Assembly: GCA_040081715.1 (NCBI GenBank)
Contig: JBEBFY010000003.1
Span: forward strand, 6,524-70,523
DNA from: Vicinamibacterales bacterium
Lineage (GTDB): Bacteria; Acidobacteriota; Vicinamibacteria; Vicinamibacterales; UBA2999
Reading direction: 5' to 3'
Length of the DNA stretch: 64,000 nt
Shown here: positions 44,191-52,415 of the stretch, one piece after another
Position numbering within the stretch: the stretch's first letter is position 1
How the letters are laid out: each line of letters opens with the position of its first letter
Notes under the pieces: model-generated
Told to the model about the DNA's origin: nothing
What the model saw: the letters and a program-made list of their open reading frames with translations, nothing else
Database searches by the model: none
Translations under genes and position numbers: made by a program

Positions 44191-46413
44191 ATGCCCACCC
44201 CGGTGCTCGGTCGTTTTGTCCATCTTGTGTTCGTCGTCGGTACTGTGGCCGCCGTGCCGGCTTTCGCGCAGCCGGCCAGCCAGAATGATCCGATGGCTCT
44301 GGCCGCCACGCCGAGGCCGGTGGCGTCGGCCGCGCGTGTCGCGGGTGCGGTGGTGGTTGATGGCGCGCTCGATGAAGCGGCGTGGCAGGCCGCCAAGCCG
44401 ATGACCGGCTTCGTGCAGGCCGAGCCCCTCCAGGGCCAGGCGGCCAGCGAGGCCACCGACGTGCGGGTGCTCTTCGATGACGAGGCGGTCTATATCGGAG
44501 CGTGGCTGACGGATGCCAACCCCTCCGAGATTGTGACCACCAGCGAGCGGCGCGATTCCTTCCTGGGCGACCAGGATTCCTTCCAGGTGGTGTTCGACAC
44601 CTTCCGCGACCGCCAGAACGGGTTTGTCTTCGGTACCAACGCCTCGGGTGTCCAGTTCGACGCGCAGGTCCGCAACCAGGTGACCAACGCGAGCTGGGAC
44701 GGCAGTTGGGAGGTGCGCACGCGCCGCACCGAGACGGGCTGGACGGTGGAGTTCCGGATTCCGCTGCGCACGCTGCGCTACGGGCCCTCGCCTCAGACAT
44801 GGGGCATGAACTTCTCGCGGCTGATCCAGCGGCGGCGCGAGCGCACCTTCTGGGCGCCGCTGCCGCGGCAGTTTGACCTGCAGCGGCTGTCGTCGGCGGG
44901 CGAACTGCGAGGGTTGACGCTCAAGACCCCGCGCAACCTGAAGGTACTGCCCTACGTGGTCGGGTCGGCGGATCGGACGTTCGCGACGAAGGCGCCCACC
45001 CTGACTAACGGGGAGTGGGGCGTGGACGCGAAGGTGGGCCTCACCGCAGGCCTGAACGTGGACCTGACCTACAACACAGACTTCGCGCAAGTGGAAGTCG
45101 ACAACCAGCAGATCAATCTCACGCGGTTCAATGTCCGCTTCCCGGAGAAGCGCCCGTTTTTCCTGGAGAACTCCGGGCTCTTCAACGTGGGCGCGTCGGC
45201 AAGTGGCGCCTTCTCAACCGGCGACCTGGATCTGTTCTTCAGCCGCCGCATCGGCCTGGACGACAGCGGCAACCTTGTGCCGATCATCGGTGGTGGCCGG
45301 CTGAGCGGCAAGACCAACGGCTACAACGTGGGCTTCCTGAACATGCAGACCGACGCGCTGGGCGTGAAGCCGGGCAACAACTTCACCGTAGCCCGCGTGA
45401 GCCGCGACCTGCGCAAGCGGTCCGGTATCGGCGGCATCTTCATCAACCGGACGGCCACTGGCGACAACGCCAGGGACGGCGACTGGAACCGGACGTGGGG
45501 GCTCGACGGCCGCCTCGGCGCAGGGGAGAAGTTCACGGTCGGGGCGTTCGCCGCGCGCACGGAGACGCCGGGCCTGACGGGGCGCGAGCACGCCTGGAAT
45601 ACGACGTCCGAGTACAACGACGGCAAGACTCTATTGAGGTTCGACTACGGGATCGTCGGCGAGGATTTCAATCCGGAGGTGGGCTACCTGCAGAACACCT
45701 TCGGGTATCGCCGGTGGTACGCGCGTGTCGAGGAAACGATGCGCCAGCAGAGGATCCGAGACTGGGGTTTCCGGGAGTTTCTGCCGCACATCAACTACAC
45801 CCGGTACGAATACCTGGACACCGGCGAACTGCAGAATGCCGAGCTGCACATCGACAACCACTGGGACTGGGAGAACGGCAACTTCATCAGCACGGGCATC
45901 AACGGCACCTGGGAGGGCCTGCGGCAGCCGTTCCAGGTCTTTCCGGGTGTTGTCGTGCCCGCGGGTGATGTCGGCGGATTTCGGCTGACGCTGCGCGAGA
46001 ACACGGACCGGCGGAAGCCGTTCTTCGCGCGCCATCAGTGGGATGTCGGCCGATTCCTGACGGGCAACCAGAACAGCCACCAACTGCAGACCATCATCCG
46101 GCAGGGGGGCACCTTGGTGTTCGACCTGGCGTGGACCCACCGCCGCATCGACCTGCCGCAGGGGGACTTCCGCACCAACCTCGGGAGCCTCCGGGCCACC
46201 TATAACTTCTCGCCCTCAGTGTTCGTGCAGAGCCTCGTGCAGTACAACGACACGACCCAGCGCTGGTCTACGAATCTGCGTTTCCACTGGTTAGAGACGG
46301 CGGGGACGGGGCTCTTCGTCGTCTACAACGACACCGAGAGCCTGCAGGGGCTTGGCCCCGTGAACCGGGCGTTCATCGTGAAGTACGTCAAGCAGTTCGA
46401 CCTGCTGCGATAG
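44191..46413 (+). CDS. DUF5916/carbohydrate-binding-family-9-like secreted protein (paralog B)
   Basis: Full-length similarity to 28055-30358. It is divergent from the TonB-dependent receptor gene. Confidence 0.7.
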   Translation: MPTPVLGRFVHLVFVVGTVAAVPAFAQPASQNDPMALAATPRPVASAARVAGAVVVDGALDEAAWQAAKPMTGFVQAEPLQGQAASEATDVRVLFDDEAVYIGAWLTDANPSEIVTTSERRDSFLGDQDSFQVVFDTFRDRQNGFVFGTNASGVQFDAQVRNQVTNASWDGSWEVRTRRTETGWTVEFRIPLRTLRYGPSPQTWGMNFSRLIQRRRERTFWAPLPRQFDLQRLSSAGELRGLTLKTPRNLKVLPYVVGSADRTFATKAPTLTNGEWGVDAKVGLTAGLNVDLTYNTDFAQVEVDNQQINLTRFNVRFPEKRPFFLENSGLFNVGASASGAFSTGDLDLFFSRRIGLDDSGNLVPIIGGGRLSGKTNGYNVGFLNMQTDALGVKPGNNFTVARVSRDLRKRSGIGGIFINRTATGDNARDGDWNRTWGLDGRLGAGEKFTVGAFAARTETPGLTGREHAWNTTSEYNDGKTLLRFDYGIVGEDFNPEVGYLQNTFGYRRWYARVEETMRQQRIRDWGFREFLPHINYTRYEYLDTGELQNAELHIDNHWDWENGNFISTGINGTWEGLRQPFQVFPGVVVPAGDVGGFRLTLRENTDRRKPFFARHQWDVGRFLTGNQNSHQLQTIIRQGGTLVFDLAWTHRRIDLPQGDFRTNLGSLRATYNFSPSVFVQSLVQYNDTTQRWSTNLRFHWLETAGTGLFVVYNDTESLQGLGPVNRAFIVKYVKQFDLLR

Positions 46414-46498
46414 CCCTCTCGCAATAGCCCCGGTGTTCCGGGTCGCCCTGCCGACTGGGCGGATCGCCCCTCGATTGACGGCCCGTGGATGAGATGGG

Positions 46499-46711
46499 CT
46501 AGTCGTCCGACGGCATGTCGCCGATCGCACCGAACATGAAGATGATGGTGCCTGTCACGCCGAGGGCGATGCCGGCCGGCAGCATCACGAGTGTCACGCC
46601 GAAGCCGAGCCCGATCAGGGCGATGACCAGCCCGAGCAGCATGATGAACGACCGCAGGACGCCGTGCTCGGCTGCTTCGATCCAGTGGGCGAGAGAATGG
46701 TGGGTGCGCAT
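46499..46711 (-). CDS. small two-TM membrane protein
   Basis: About 70 aa starting at MRTHHSLAHWIEAAEHG, followed by two hydrophobic helices. A GGAGG Shine-Dalgarno lies 7 nt upstream and a sigma-54 promoter match about 34 nt upstream. Confidence 0.55.
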   Translation of the reverse strand: MRTHHSLAHWIEAAEHGVLRSFIMLLGLVIALIGLGFGVTLVMLPAGIALGVTGTIIFMFGAIGDMPSDD

Positions 46712-46744
46712 GATGAAGCCTCCTGTGGCCTGTCCCAGGTGAGA

Positions 46745-46759
46745 GCAAGCTCGATGCCA
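46745..46759 (-). promoter_or_regulatory. sigma-54 promoter match TGGCAT-N5-TTGC
   Basis: Minus-strand TGGCATCGAGCTTGC(T). The GG and GC are spaced as in the -24/-12 consensus. It lies 34 nt upstream of the ATG at 46711. Confidence 0.6.
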
Positions 46760-46915
46760 CATCGGAACCCGCTGGACTTTCAAGGAAGACACCATGGATT
46801 CCGCCTTCCGCCGGGGCCTGGCCGCGGAATAATTCTGGTCCATGGGGATCTATTGACCGGTGATAGGTCTGGCACGGTGGCCATGATCCGTGGCCGAGCG
46901 GGGAGATCGGCAGCC

Positions 46916-47428
46916 TCAGGATGCCGGTGCTGGCACCGGAGCACGCAGGGGCAGGGTCGCTTCAACGGCCTCTTTCGCCTTGCCCACGGTGAGGACCGGA
47001 CACGGTGCGGACCGCACGACCTGTTCGGCCACGCTGCCCATGAGCAGGTGCGCAATTCCCGTGCGGCCGTGCGTGCCCATGACGATCAGATCGGTCCCAC
47101 ATTCCTCCGCGAGTTCGTGAATCGCGGCAGCTGGCCGGCCAGGCCGCACGTGAACCATGGCGGTCACGCCGAGACGCTCAAAGGCGCCGGCCATGGCGTC
47201 GAGGCGATGCCGCGCACTCACCGAAAGGCCTTCGAGCAGGGCCCGCCGATCGGGGCGCTCCGTGTCCCCCTCCCAGGCGCCGAGCGCAAAGGGATCCTCC
47301 ACGACGTGCAACAGATCCACCCGGGCGCCGAACCGGGTACCGAAGGTCGTGGCGTAGCCCACCGCCCTGTCGGACTGTGGACTGAAGTCCACGGGAACGA
47401 GAATCCTGGTGACCGCAGTCGTCGTCAT
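46916..47428 (-). CDS. universal stress protein (UspA family)
   Basis: RILVPVDFSPQSDRAVGYA start and C-terminal GTHGRTGIAHLLMGSVAEQVVRSAPCPVLTV motif. Confidence 0.85.
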   Translation of the reverse strand: MTTTAVTRILVPVDFSPQSDRAVGYATTFGTRFGARVDLLHVVEDPFALGAWEGDTERPDRRALLEGLSVSARHRLDAMAGAFERLGVTAMVHVRPGRPAAAIHELAEECGTDLIVMGTHGRTGIAHLLMGSVAEQVVRSAPCPVLTVGKAKEAVEATLPLRAPVPAPAS

Positions 47429-47485
47429 ACGCGCTCCTCAGCCTTCGGCATACGGACCTGGGCACCACTCGCCCCAAGAGACAGA

Positions 47486-47500
47486 GCGAAGCGCGTGCCA
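47486..47500 (-). promoter_or_regulatory. sigma-54 promoter match TGGCAC-N5-TCGC
   Basis: Minus-strand TGGCACGCGCTTCGC(T), 58 nt upstream of the Usp ATG. It is 14 of 15 identical to the element at 52221-52235. Confidence 0.55.
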
Positions 47501-47567
47501 AGGGCCAAGGCCCGCACGGCAGGTGCATCCTGACATGACAGCCCCGTGAGGCCGAAGAAGTGCGCCC

Positions 47568-48965
47568 TCATCCCCGAGGCGCTTCATCGGCCGGCAGTGA
47601 CACGGTGGCGGTCGTGCCACCAGACGGTGGGCATACGACCGTGAGGGTGCCGCCGTGCATCTCGACCGAGCGCTTCGCGATGGCCAGTCCCAGGCCTCCG
47701 CCGCGCGACTTTGTGGTGAAGAACGGCTCGAAGACCCGTTCGCGGACATCCTCGGGGATGCCGGGCCCGGTGTCGGCGACGGCGATGCGCACCCACGACG
47801 CATCGGCGGTGATGGTTGCCGTCAGCGAGCCCCGCCCCCCCATGGCCTGGGCGGCGTTGATGAACAGGTTCGAGAACACCGCCCGAAGCATCACGCGGTC
47901 AGCGTGGAGGGCCACCTGGCCTCCGGCGATGCGGCAGGCGATGCCCGCCCCGGCCGGATCCCGGAGCAGAAGGACCTGTGCCTCCTCAACCAGCGCGCGC
48001 ACGTCGAGCAATTGCATCTGCGGGGGCCGTGGGCGGGCGAATAGCAGCAGGTCCGAGATCAGGTCGTTCAGTGCATCGGCGCGTTCGATGATTTCGTGCA
48101 TCACCGCCGCCTCCGGGTCGCCAGCCGGCCGGCGGCTCATCAGGACCTGCAGGGCGGCCTTGATCCCAGCCAGGGGGTTCTTGACCTCGTGCGCCACCAT
48201 GGCGGCGAGTTGTCCCACGCGGGCCAGGGCTTCCTGGTTTCGCAGGCGCTCCTCGCCGAGCTTGCGCTCCGTGATATCGCTTCTGATAGCGATGTACTGG
48301 TAGGGCCTGCCACGCGCATCGAGAAACGGGACGATCGTGGTGTCAACCCAGTAGTGGGCGCCGTCCTTGGCCTTGTTCCGGATTTCGCCGTGCCAGATCT
48401 GCCCACGGCCGATCGTCTGCCAGAGCTCCTTCATGAAGGTCTTGGAGTGCAGCCCAGAATTGATCAGGCGATGGTCCTGCCCGATGAGTTCCTCGCGGGA
48501 ATACTGGGAGATCTGGCAGAACTTGTCGTTCACGAACGTGATCCGGCCGGCCACGTCGGTGGTTGCCACGATGGCCGCCTCGTCGAGGGCGTGTCGCAGC
48601 TCTTCCAGCCGCGCCACCTGGGTCGCGGAATGCGCCTCGCTCCGCTTCAGGCGCACCAGCAGGCCCGCGCTGAGCCAGAAGAGCAGCACCGCCAGTGGCT
48701 GGTTGACGAAGGCGGATGGTGGAGGCATGGCCGTTATCCGAATGGCCGTATCGGCCAGGACGAGTACCGTGCTGGCGCCGGCAGCCACGACGGGATAGCG
48801 CAGGGAATTGATGCCGAGCCCGAGCAGAATCACCAGGATGTAGGCGACCCCCACGTTGTAGTCCAGGGGGAGGCGCACATCGATGAGGAAGATCAGCGTC
48901 GCGAGTGCGGCGCCGACGGCCACCAGCGTCCGGCTGGTGGCGGAGAGTCGGGCGGACGTGGGCAT
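47568..48965 (-). CDS. membrane-anchored PAS-domain sensor histidine kinase (NtrB-like)
   Basis: N-terminal multi-TM region, a PAS domain (GRITFVNDKFCQISQYSREELIGQDHRLINSG), HisKA AHEVKNPLAGI and HATPase DTGPGIP...GGGLGLAI. Confidence 0.85.
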   Translation of the reverse strand: MPTSARLSATSRTLVAVGAALATLIFLIDVRLPLDYNVGVAYILVILLGLGINSLRYPVVAAGASTVLVLADTAIRITAMPPPSAFVNQPLAVLLFWLSAGLLVRLKRSEAHSATQVARLEELRHALDEAAIVATTDVAGRITFVNDKFCQISQYSREELIGQDHRLINSGLHSKTFMKELWQTIGRGQIWHGEIRNKAKDGAHYWVDTTIVPFLDARGRPYQYIAIRSDITERKLGEERLRNQEALARVGQLAAMVAHEVKNPLAGIKAALQVLMSRRPAGDPEAAVMHEIIERADALNDLISDLLLFARPRPPQMQLLDVRALVEEAQVLLLRDPAGAGIACRIAGGQVALHADRVMLRAVFSNLFINAAQAMGGRGSLTATITADASWVRIAVADTGPGIPEDVRERVFEPFFTTKSRGGGLGLAIAKRSVEMHGGTLTVVCPPSGGTTATVSLPADEAPRG

Positions 48966-49118
48966 CGGAATCTCTTATAACCGGAAAACGGAGCACTCAT
49001 GACCAGCGGACGGGCGCGGAACTTGCTGTGCACTGTAGAAACCCCCGCAATTGAGGAGCCGAGCGTGAAATCTTCCACGTCCGTCGCGGATAAGTTCGCG
49101 CCGCCGTACTATGGGGCC

Positions 49119-50483
49119 ATGGCGAATGCCACGGTACTGGTTGTCGATGACGAAGCGTTGGTCCGCTGGTCGCTGCGCGAACGGCTGCTGCGGGATCGTT
49201 TCAACGTGCTCGAAGCCGGCACGGCCGCGTCGGCGCTGGAACAGGTCGGCGAGGCGGTGGACCTTATCCTGCTGGACTACCGGCTCCCGGACTCGGACGG
49301 ACTGGTGGTGCTGAGGAAGGTCAAGGAGCTCTACCCCGACACGCTCGTCATTCTGATGACCGCCCATTCCACGGTCGAGAACGCCGTGGAGGCGATGAAG
49401 CTGGGGGCCTTCCACTACATCAACAAGCCGTTCAACGTGGACGAGGTGGCCCTGCTGGTCGAGAAGGCGCTCGAAACCAGCCATCTGCGCCGGGAGGTGA
49501 AGGCGCTCCGAAGCTCAGCCGGGCGGGAATTCAGCTTCGATGCGATCGTGGGCACGTCCCCGAGCATGGAGGCCATCAAGGCGCTGCTGCGCCGCGTGGC
49601 GGTGAGCCCGGCCTCGACGGTGCTGCTGACGGGCGAGACGGGCACGGGCAAGGATCTTGTGGCCAAGTCCATTCACTACAACAGTGATCGGGCGACCCGG
49701 GCCTTCGTCAACATCACCTGCTCGGCGCTGCCAGAACACCTTCTCGAAAGTGAGTTGTTCGGCCACGAGCGCGGGGCGTTCACCGATGCCCGGACGCAGA
49801 AGCGGGGCCTGTTCGAAATAGCCGATGGCGGCACGGTGTTCCTCGACGAAATCGGCGAGATGACGCCGGCGCTCCAGGCCAAGCTCCTGCGCTTTCTGGA
49901 GGAGAAGACGTTCAAGCGCGTCGGCGGGCTGCAGGACATCCGCGTGGACGTGCGCGTGATTGCCGCCACGCACCGCGACCTCGATCAGGGCGTTAAGGAG
50001 GGCAGGTTCCGCGAGGACCTCTTCTACCGGCTCCAGGTGATGCCCATCCACCTGCCGTCGCTGCGGGAGCGCAAGGGGGACGTGCCGCTGCTGGCCAACT
50101 ACTACGTGGACACCTATAACCGCGAGTTCAAGAAGCACGTGAAGGGCATCACGCCGGAGACCATGCCGCTGCTCGAGAGTTACGGGTGGCCCGGCAATAT
50201 CCGTGAGCTGCGCAACGCCGTCGAGCGGGCGATGCTGTTGACCGAACGCGACTGGCTCAGGCCCGAGGACTTCACCACGCTCACGCGATCCGTCGGTGCG
50301 CCCTCCCGGTTCCAGCTCCCTCCCGACGGCATCAACCTGGAGGATGTGGAGCGGCAACTGCTCGTGCAGGCGCTGGAGCGATCCAACGGCAATCAGACGC
50401 ATGCGGGGCAGATGCTGGGGATCAACCGCGATCAGGTGCGCTATCGCATCGAGAAGTTCGGCCTCCAGATTTCTCAGAAATAA
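49119..50483 (+). CDS. sigma-54-dependent response regulator (NtrC family enhancer-binding protein)
   Basis: REC domain (VLVVDDE...LILLDYRLPDSDG), AAA+ domain (GETGTGKD; ESELFGHERGAFTDA, a GAFTGA-type loop) and a C-terminal Fis-type HTH (NQTHAGQMLGINRDQVRYRIEKF). Confidence 0.9.
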   Translation: MANATVLVVDDEALVRWSLRERLLRDRFNVLEAGTAASALEQVGEAVDLILLDYRLPDSDGLVVLRKVKELYPDTLVILMTAHSTVENAVEAMKLGAFHYINKPFNVDEVALLVEKALETSHLRREVKALRSSAGREFSFDAIVGTSPSMEAIKALLRRVAVSPASTVLLTGETGTGKDLVAKSIHYNSDRATRAFVNITCSALPEHLLESELFGHERGAFTDARTQKRGLFEIADGGTVFLDEIGEMTPALQAKLLRFLEEKTFKRVGGLQDIRVDVRVIAATHRDLDQGVKEGRFREDLFYRLQVMPIHLPSLRERKGDVPLLANYYVDTYNREFKKHVKGITPETMPLLESYGWPGNIRELRNAVERAMLLTERDWLRPEDFTTLTRSVGAPSRFQLPPDGINLEDVERQLLVQALERSNGNQTHAGQMLGINRDQVRYRIEKFGLQISQK

Positions 50484-50531
50484 CCCTCGCCGATCGCGGA
50501 ATCCTCGCCGGCTCTGCCGTCGCCTCTCTCA

Positions 50532-50553
50532 GGCCGCCCGCACACGGGCGGCC
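50532..50553 (+). terminator. stem-loop after the activator gene (9 bp, no U-tract)
   Basis: GGCCGCCCG-ACAC-type loop-CGGGCGGCC, located between the activator stop and the Hsp20 promoter. Confidence 0.4.
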
Positions 50554-50572
50554 GAATCCACCGTGTTCTGTT

Positions 50573-50587
50573 CGGCATCCTTGTTGC
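50573..50587 (+). promoter_or_regulatory. sigma-54 promoter match CGGCAT-N5-TTGC
   Basis: CGGCATCCTTGTTGC(G) with correct GG-N10-GC spacing, 31 nt upstream of the Hsp20 ATG. GAGGAGG Shine-Dalgarno downstream. Confidence 0.55.
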
Positions 50588-50617
50588 GTGTTCACAGGGC
50601 GATTGAGGAGGTGCCCC

Positions 50618-51121
50618 ATGAGAGAGGCGCAGGATCTGATGGTTGTCGAACCCGGTTCCCTCATGCACCGGATGTTCAGGGACTTTGATCGGTTCTTCGA
50701 ACACCGTCGTGGTTTCCCGTTTGTCCGTCCTGGCAAGGGGTTCGGCGAGTTCCCGTGGTCGCCGGACCTCGAGCTGGCCGAGCGCGAGCATCGTCTCCAT
50801 GTGAAGGTCGATCTGCCGGGTCTGAAGAAGGAGGAGATCTCGGTTGAGTTGGACGACGGCATGCTGACGATCTCGGGTGAGCGGACGCACGAGGTGGAGA
50901 AGGAGAGGTCGGCGTGGACGCGCTCCGAGCGGACCTACGGCGCGTTCAGCCGGTCGATTCCCGTGCCGGACGGCGTCAAGGGCGCGGATGTGCAGGCAAC
51001 CTTCACTGACGGCGTGCTGGAGGTGACGGTGCCGCTCCCTGAGAAGCGGGACACGGGCGGGTCGAAGATCGCCATCGGGGAAGGCAGTGCCGGCGCTGGC
51101 GCCGCGAAATCGGCCGCCTGA
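50618..51121 (+). CDS. Hsp20/alpha-crystallin family small heat-shock protein
   Basis: Alpha-crystallin domain (HRLHVKVDLPGLKKEEISVELDDGMLTISGER...FSRSIPVPDGV...ATFTDGVLEVTVP). Confidence 0.9.
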   Translation: MREAQDLMVVEPGSLMHRMFRDFDRFFEHRRGFPFVRPGKGFGEFPWSPDLELAEREHRLHVKVDLPGLKKEEISVELDDGMLTISGERTHEVEKERSAWTRSERTYGAFSRSIPVPDGVKGADVQATFTDGVLEVTVPLPEKRDTGGSKIAIGEGSAGAGAAKSAA

Positions 51122-51136
51122 ACCCACCCGATGGTC

Positions 51137-51168
51137 CTGGGGCCGGCGATGCCAGTCGCCGGCCCCAG
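51137..51168. terminator. 13-bp perfect stem-loop between the convergent Hsp20 and DHOD-like genes
   Basis: CTGGGGCCGGCGA-TGCCAG-TCGCCGGCCCCAG. Confidence 0.55.
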
Positions 51169-51202
51169 ATGTGTACGGGGCGCGGCGGGCATGTGACCGG
51201 AC

Positions 51203-52192
51203 TCAGCGCCAGCTTCGCAGGGTCTGCAGGTAGGTGGCGCGCTCGAAGGCCAACGGATCGTCCATGCGGACCAGGCTGGCGCGTCCGCGGGCGTCCTCCA
51301 GACGTGCGACCGCGTGCTCCTCCATCCAGCGGGCGAGACCCGCCCGCATCGTAGCGACATAGCCGGGTCCGTGCCTGAGCAGGGCCGACACCAACTGCAC
51401 GACGTCCGCACCGGCCAGCAACGCCTTGATGCCGTCGTCCGGCGTTGCCACGCCGCCTGTGAGCGCCAGTTGCGCCTTGGTGCGCCCGAACAATGCCGCC
51501 ACCCACCGGAGCCGTAGCAGCAGTTCCTGGCTGGTGGACAGATCCACATGGACGACCGGCGTGGCCGTGGCGATATCGATGTCCGTCTGGTAGACGCGGT
51601 TAAAGAGCACCAGCGCTCCGGCGCCCGCGTCGCTGAGCCGGTTGGCCATGTTGGCGAAGGCGGTGAAGAAGGGCGTCACTTTGACGGCGATCGGAATCGT
51701 CAGCAGGCGCCTGGCGTCGCGGACCATCCGCACCCACTCGTCCTCCACAACGGCACTTGACAGTTTCGGGTCGGCTACTAGTTGATACAGGTTCAGCTCC
51801 AGGGCGTCTGCTCCTGCCCGTTCGACATCCCTGGCAAATGTCAGCCACGACTCGGCCGTGCCCCCGTTGAGCGAGGCGATCACGGGAATTCCGAGGGCGC
51901 GCTTGGCCTCCGCGACGTGCGCCAGATACGCGTCCGGCGTGGCGGCGAAGGCCTTGGAGGTCGGGTAGTGCGTGAGCGTGGCGGCGAAGCGGGGGTCGTG
52001 CGGATCCATGTGGCCAACGCGGCGCTCGCGGGCGTCGGCCACCTGTTCCTCGAACAGGGAGTGCAGCACCACGGCCGCGCAGCCCGCGTCCTCCAGTTGC
52101 CTCAGCGTGTCGATCCGCTGGGAGAGGGGCGATGCACCCGCGATGAACGGGTGGGGGAGCGGGAGTCCCAGATACGTGGTCGTCGTGTTCAT
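51203..52192 (-). CDS. dihydroorotate dehydrogenase-like (class 1 DHOD fold) protein
   Basis: TYLGLPLPHPFIAGASPLS start and TIM-barrel flavoenzyme pattern (IASLNG, VKVTPFF, LTGGVATPDDGIKALLAGADVVQLVSALL). Confidence 0.75.
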   Translation of the reverse strand: MNTTTTYLGLPLPHPFIAGASPLSQRIDTLRQLEDAGCAAVVLHSLFEEQVADARERRVGHMDPHDPRFAATLTHYPTSKAFAATPDAYLAHVAEAKRALGIPVIASLNGGTAESWLTFARDVERAGADALELNLYQLVADPKLSSAVVEDEWVRMVRDARRLLTIPIAVKVTPFFTAFANMANRLSDAGAGALVLFNRVYQTDIDIATATPVVHVDLSTSQELLLRLRWVAALFGRTKAQLALTGGVATPDDGIKALLAGADVVQLVSALLRHGPGYVATMRAGLARWMEEHAVARLEDARGRASLVRMDDPLAFERATYLQTLRSWR

Positions 52193-52220
52193 GCGTGCGT
52201 CTCCGTTCCCCTACCGCGTC

Positions 52221-52235
52221 GCGAAGCCCGTGCCA
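52221..52235 (-). promoter_or_regulatory. sigma-54 promoter match TGGCAC-N5-TCGC
   Basis: Minus-strand TGGCACGGGCTTCGC(G), 29 nt upstream of the DHOD-like ATG. Confidence 0.55.
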
Positions 52236-52374
52236 CAGCTCGTGGGGCGTGACCGGCACGCCGTCCACGTGGACGATAGCCCGGCAGCATGGATTTTTCA
52301 TCTCGGTTGTCGGATATTCCCCGTCACCCGGCAGGATCACGCCTGTAGCGCGAGCCACCCACGCCGAAGGAGAA

Positions 52375-52389
52375 TGGCAACGCGCTTGC
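52375..52389 (+). promoter_or_regulatory. sigma-54 promoter match TGGCAA-N5-TTGC
   Basis: TGGCAACGCGCTTGC(G), 27 nt upstream of the tandem-Usp ATG at 52416, with a GGAGG Shine-Dalgarno in between. This is the first gene of the cytochrome cluster strand. Confidence 0.6.
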
Positions 52390-52415
52390 GACACTGACCG
52401 GATGGAGGCCTCTCG

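Noticed and set aside
49017-49032. Sigma-54-like spacing CGGAAC-N5-GTGC upstream of the activator gene
   Set aside because: Both the -24 (no GGCA) and -12 (GTGC) blocks are poor matches. It is about 87 nt from the start codon and is indistinguishable from chance in GC-rich DNA.
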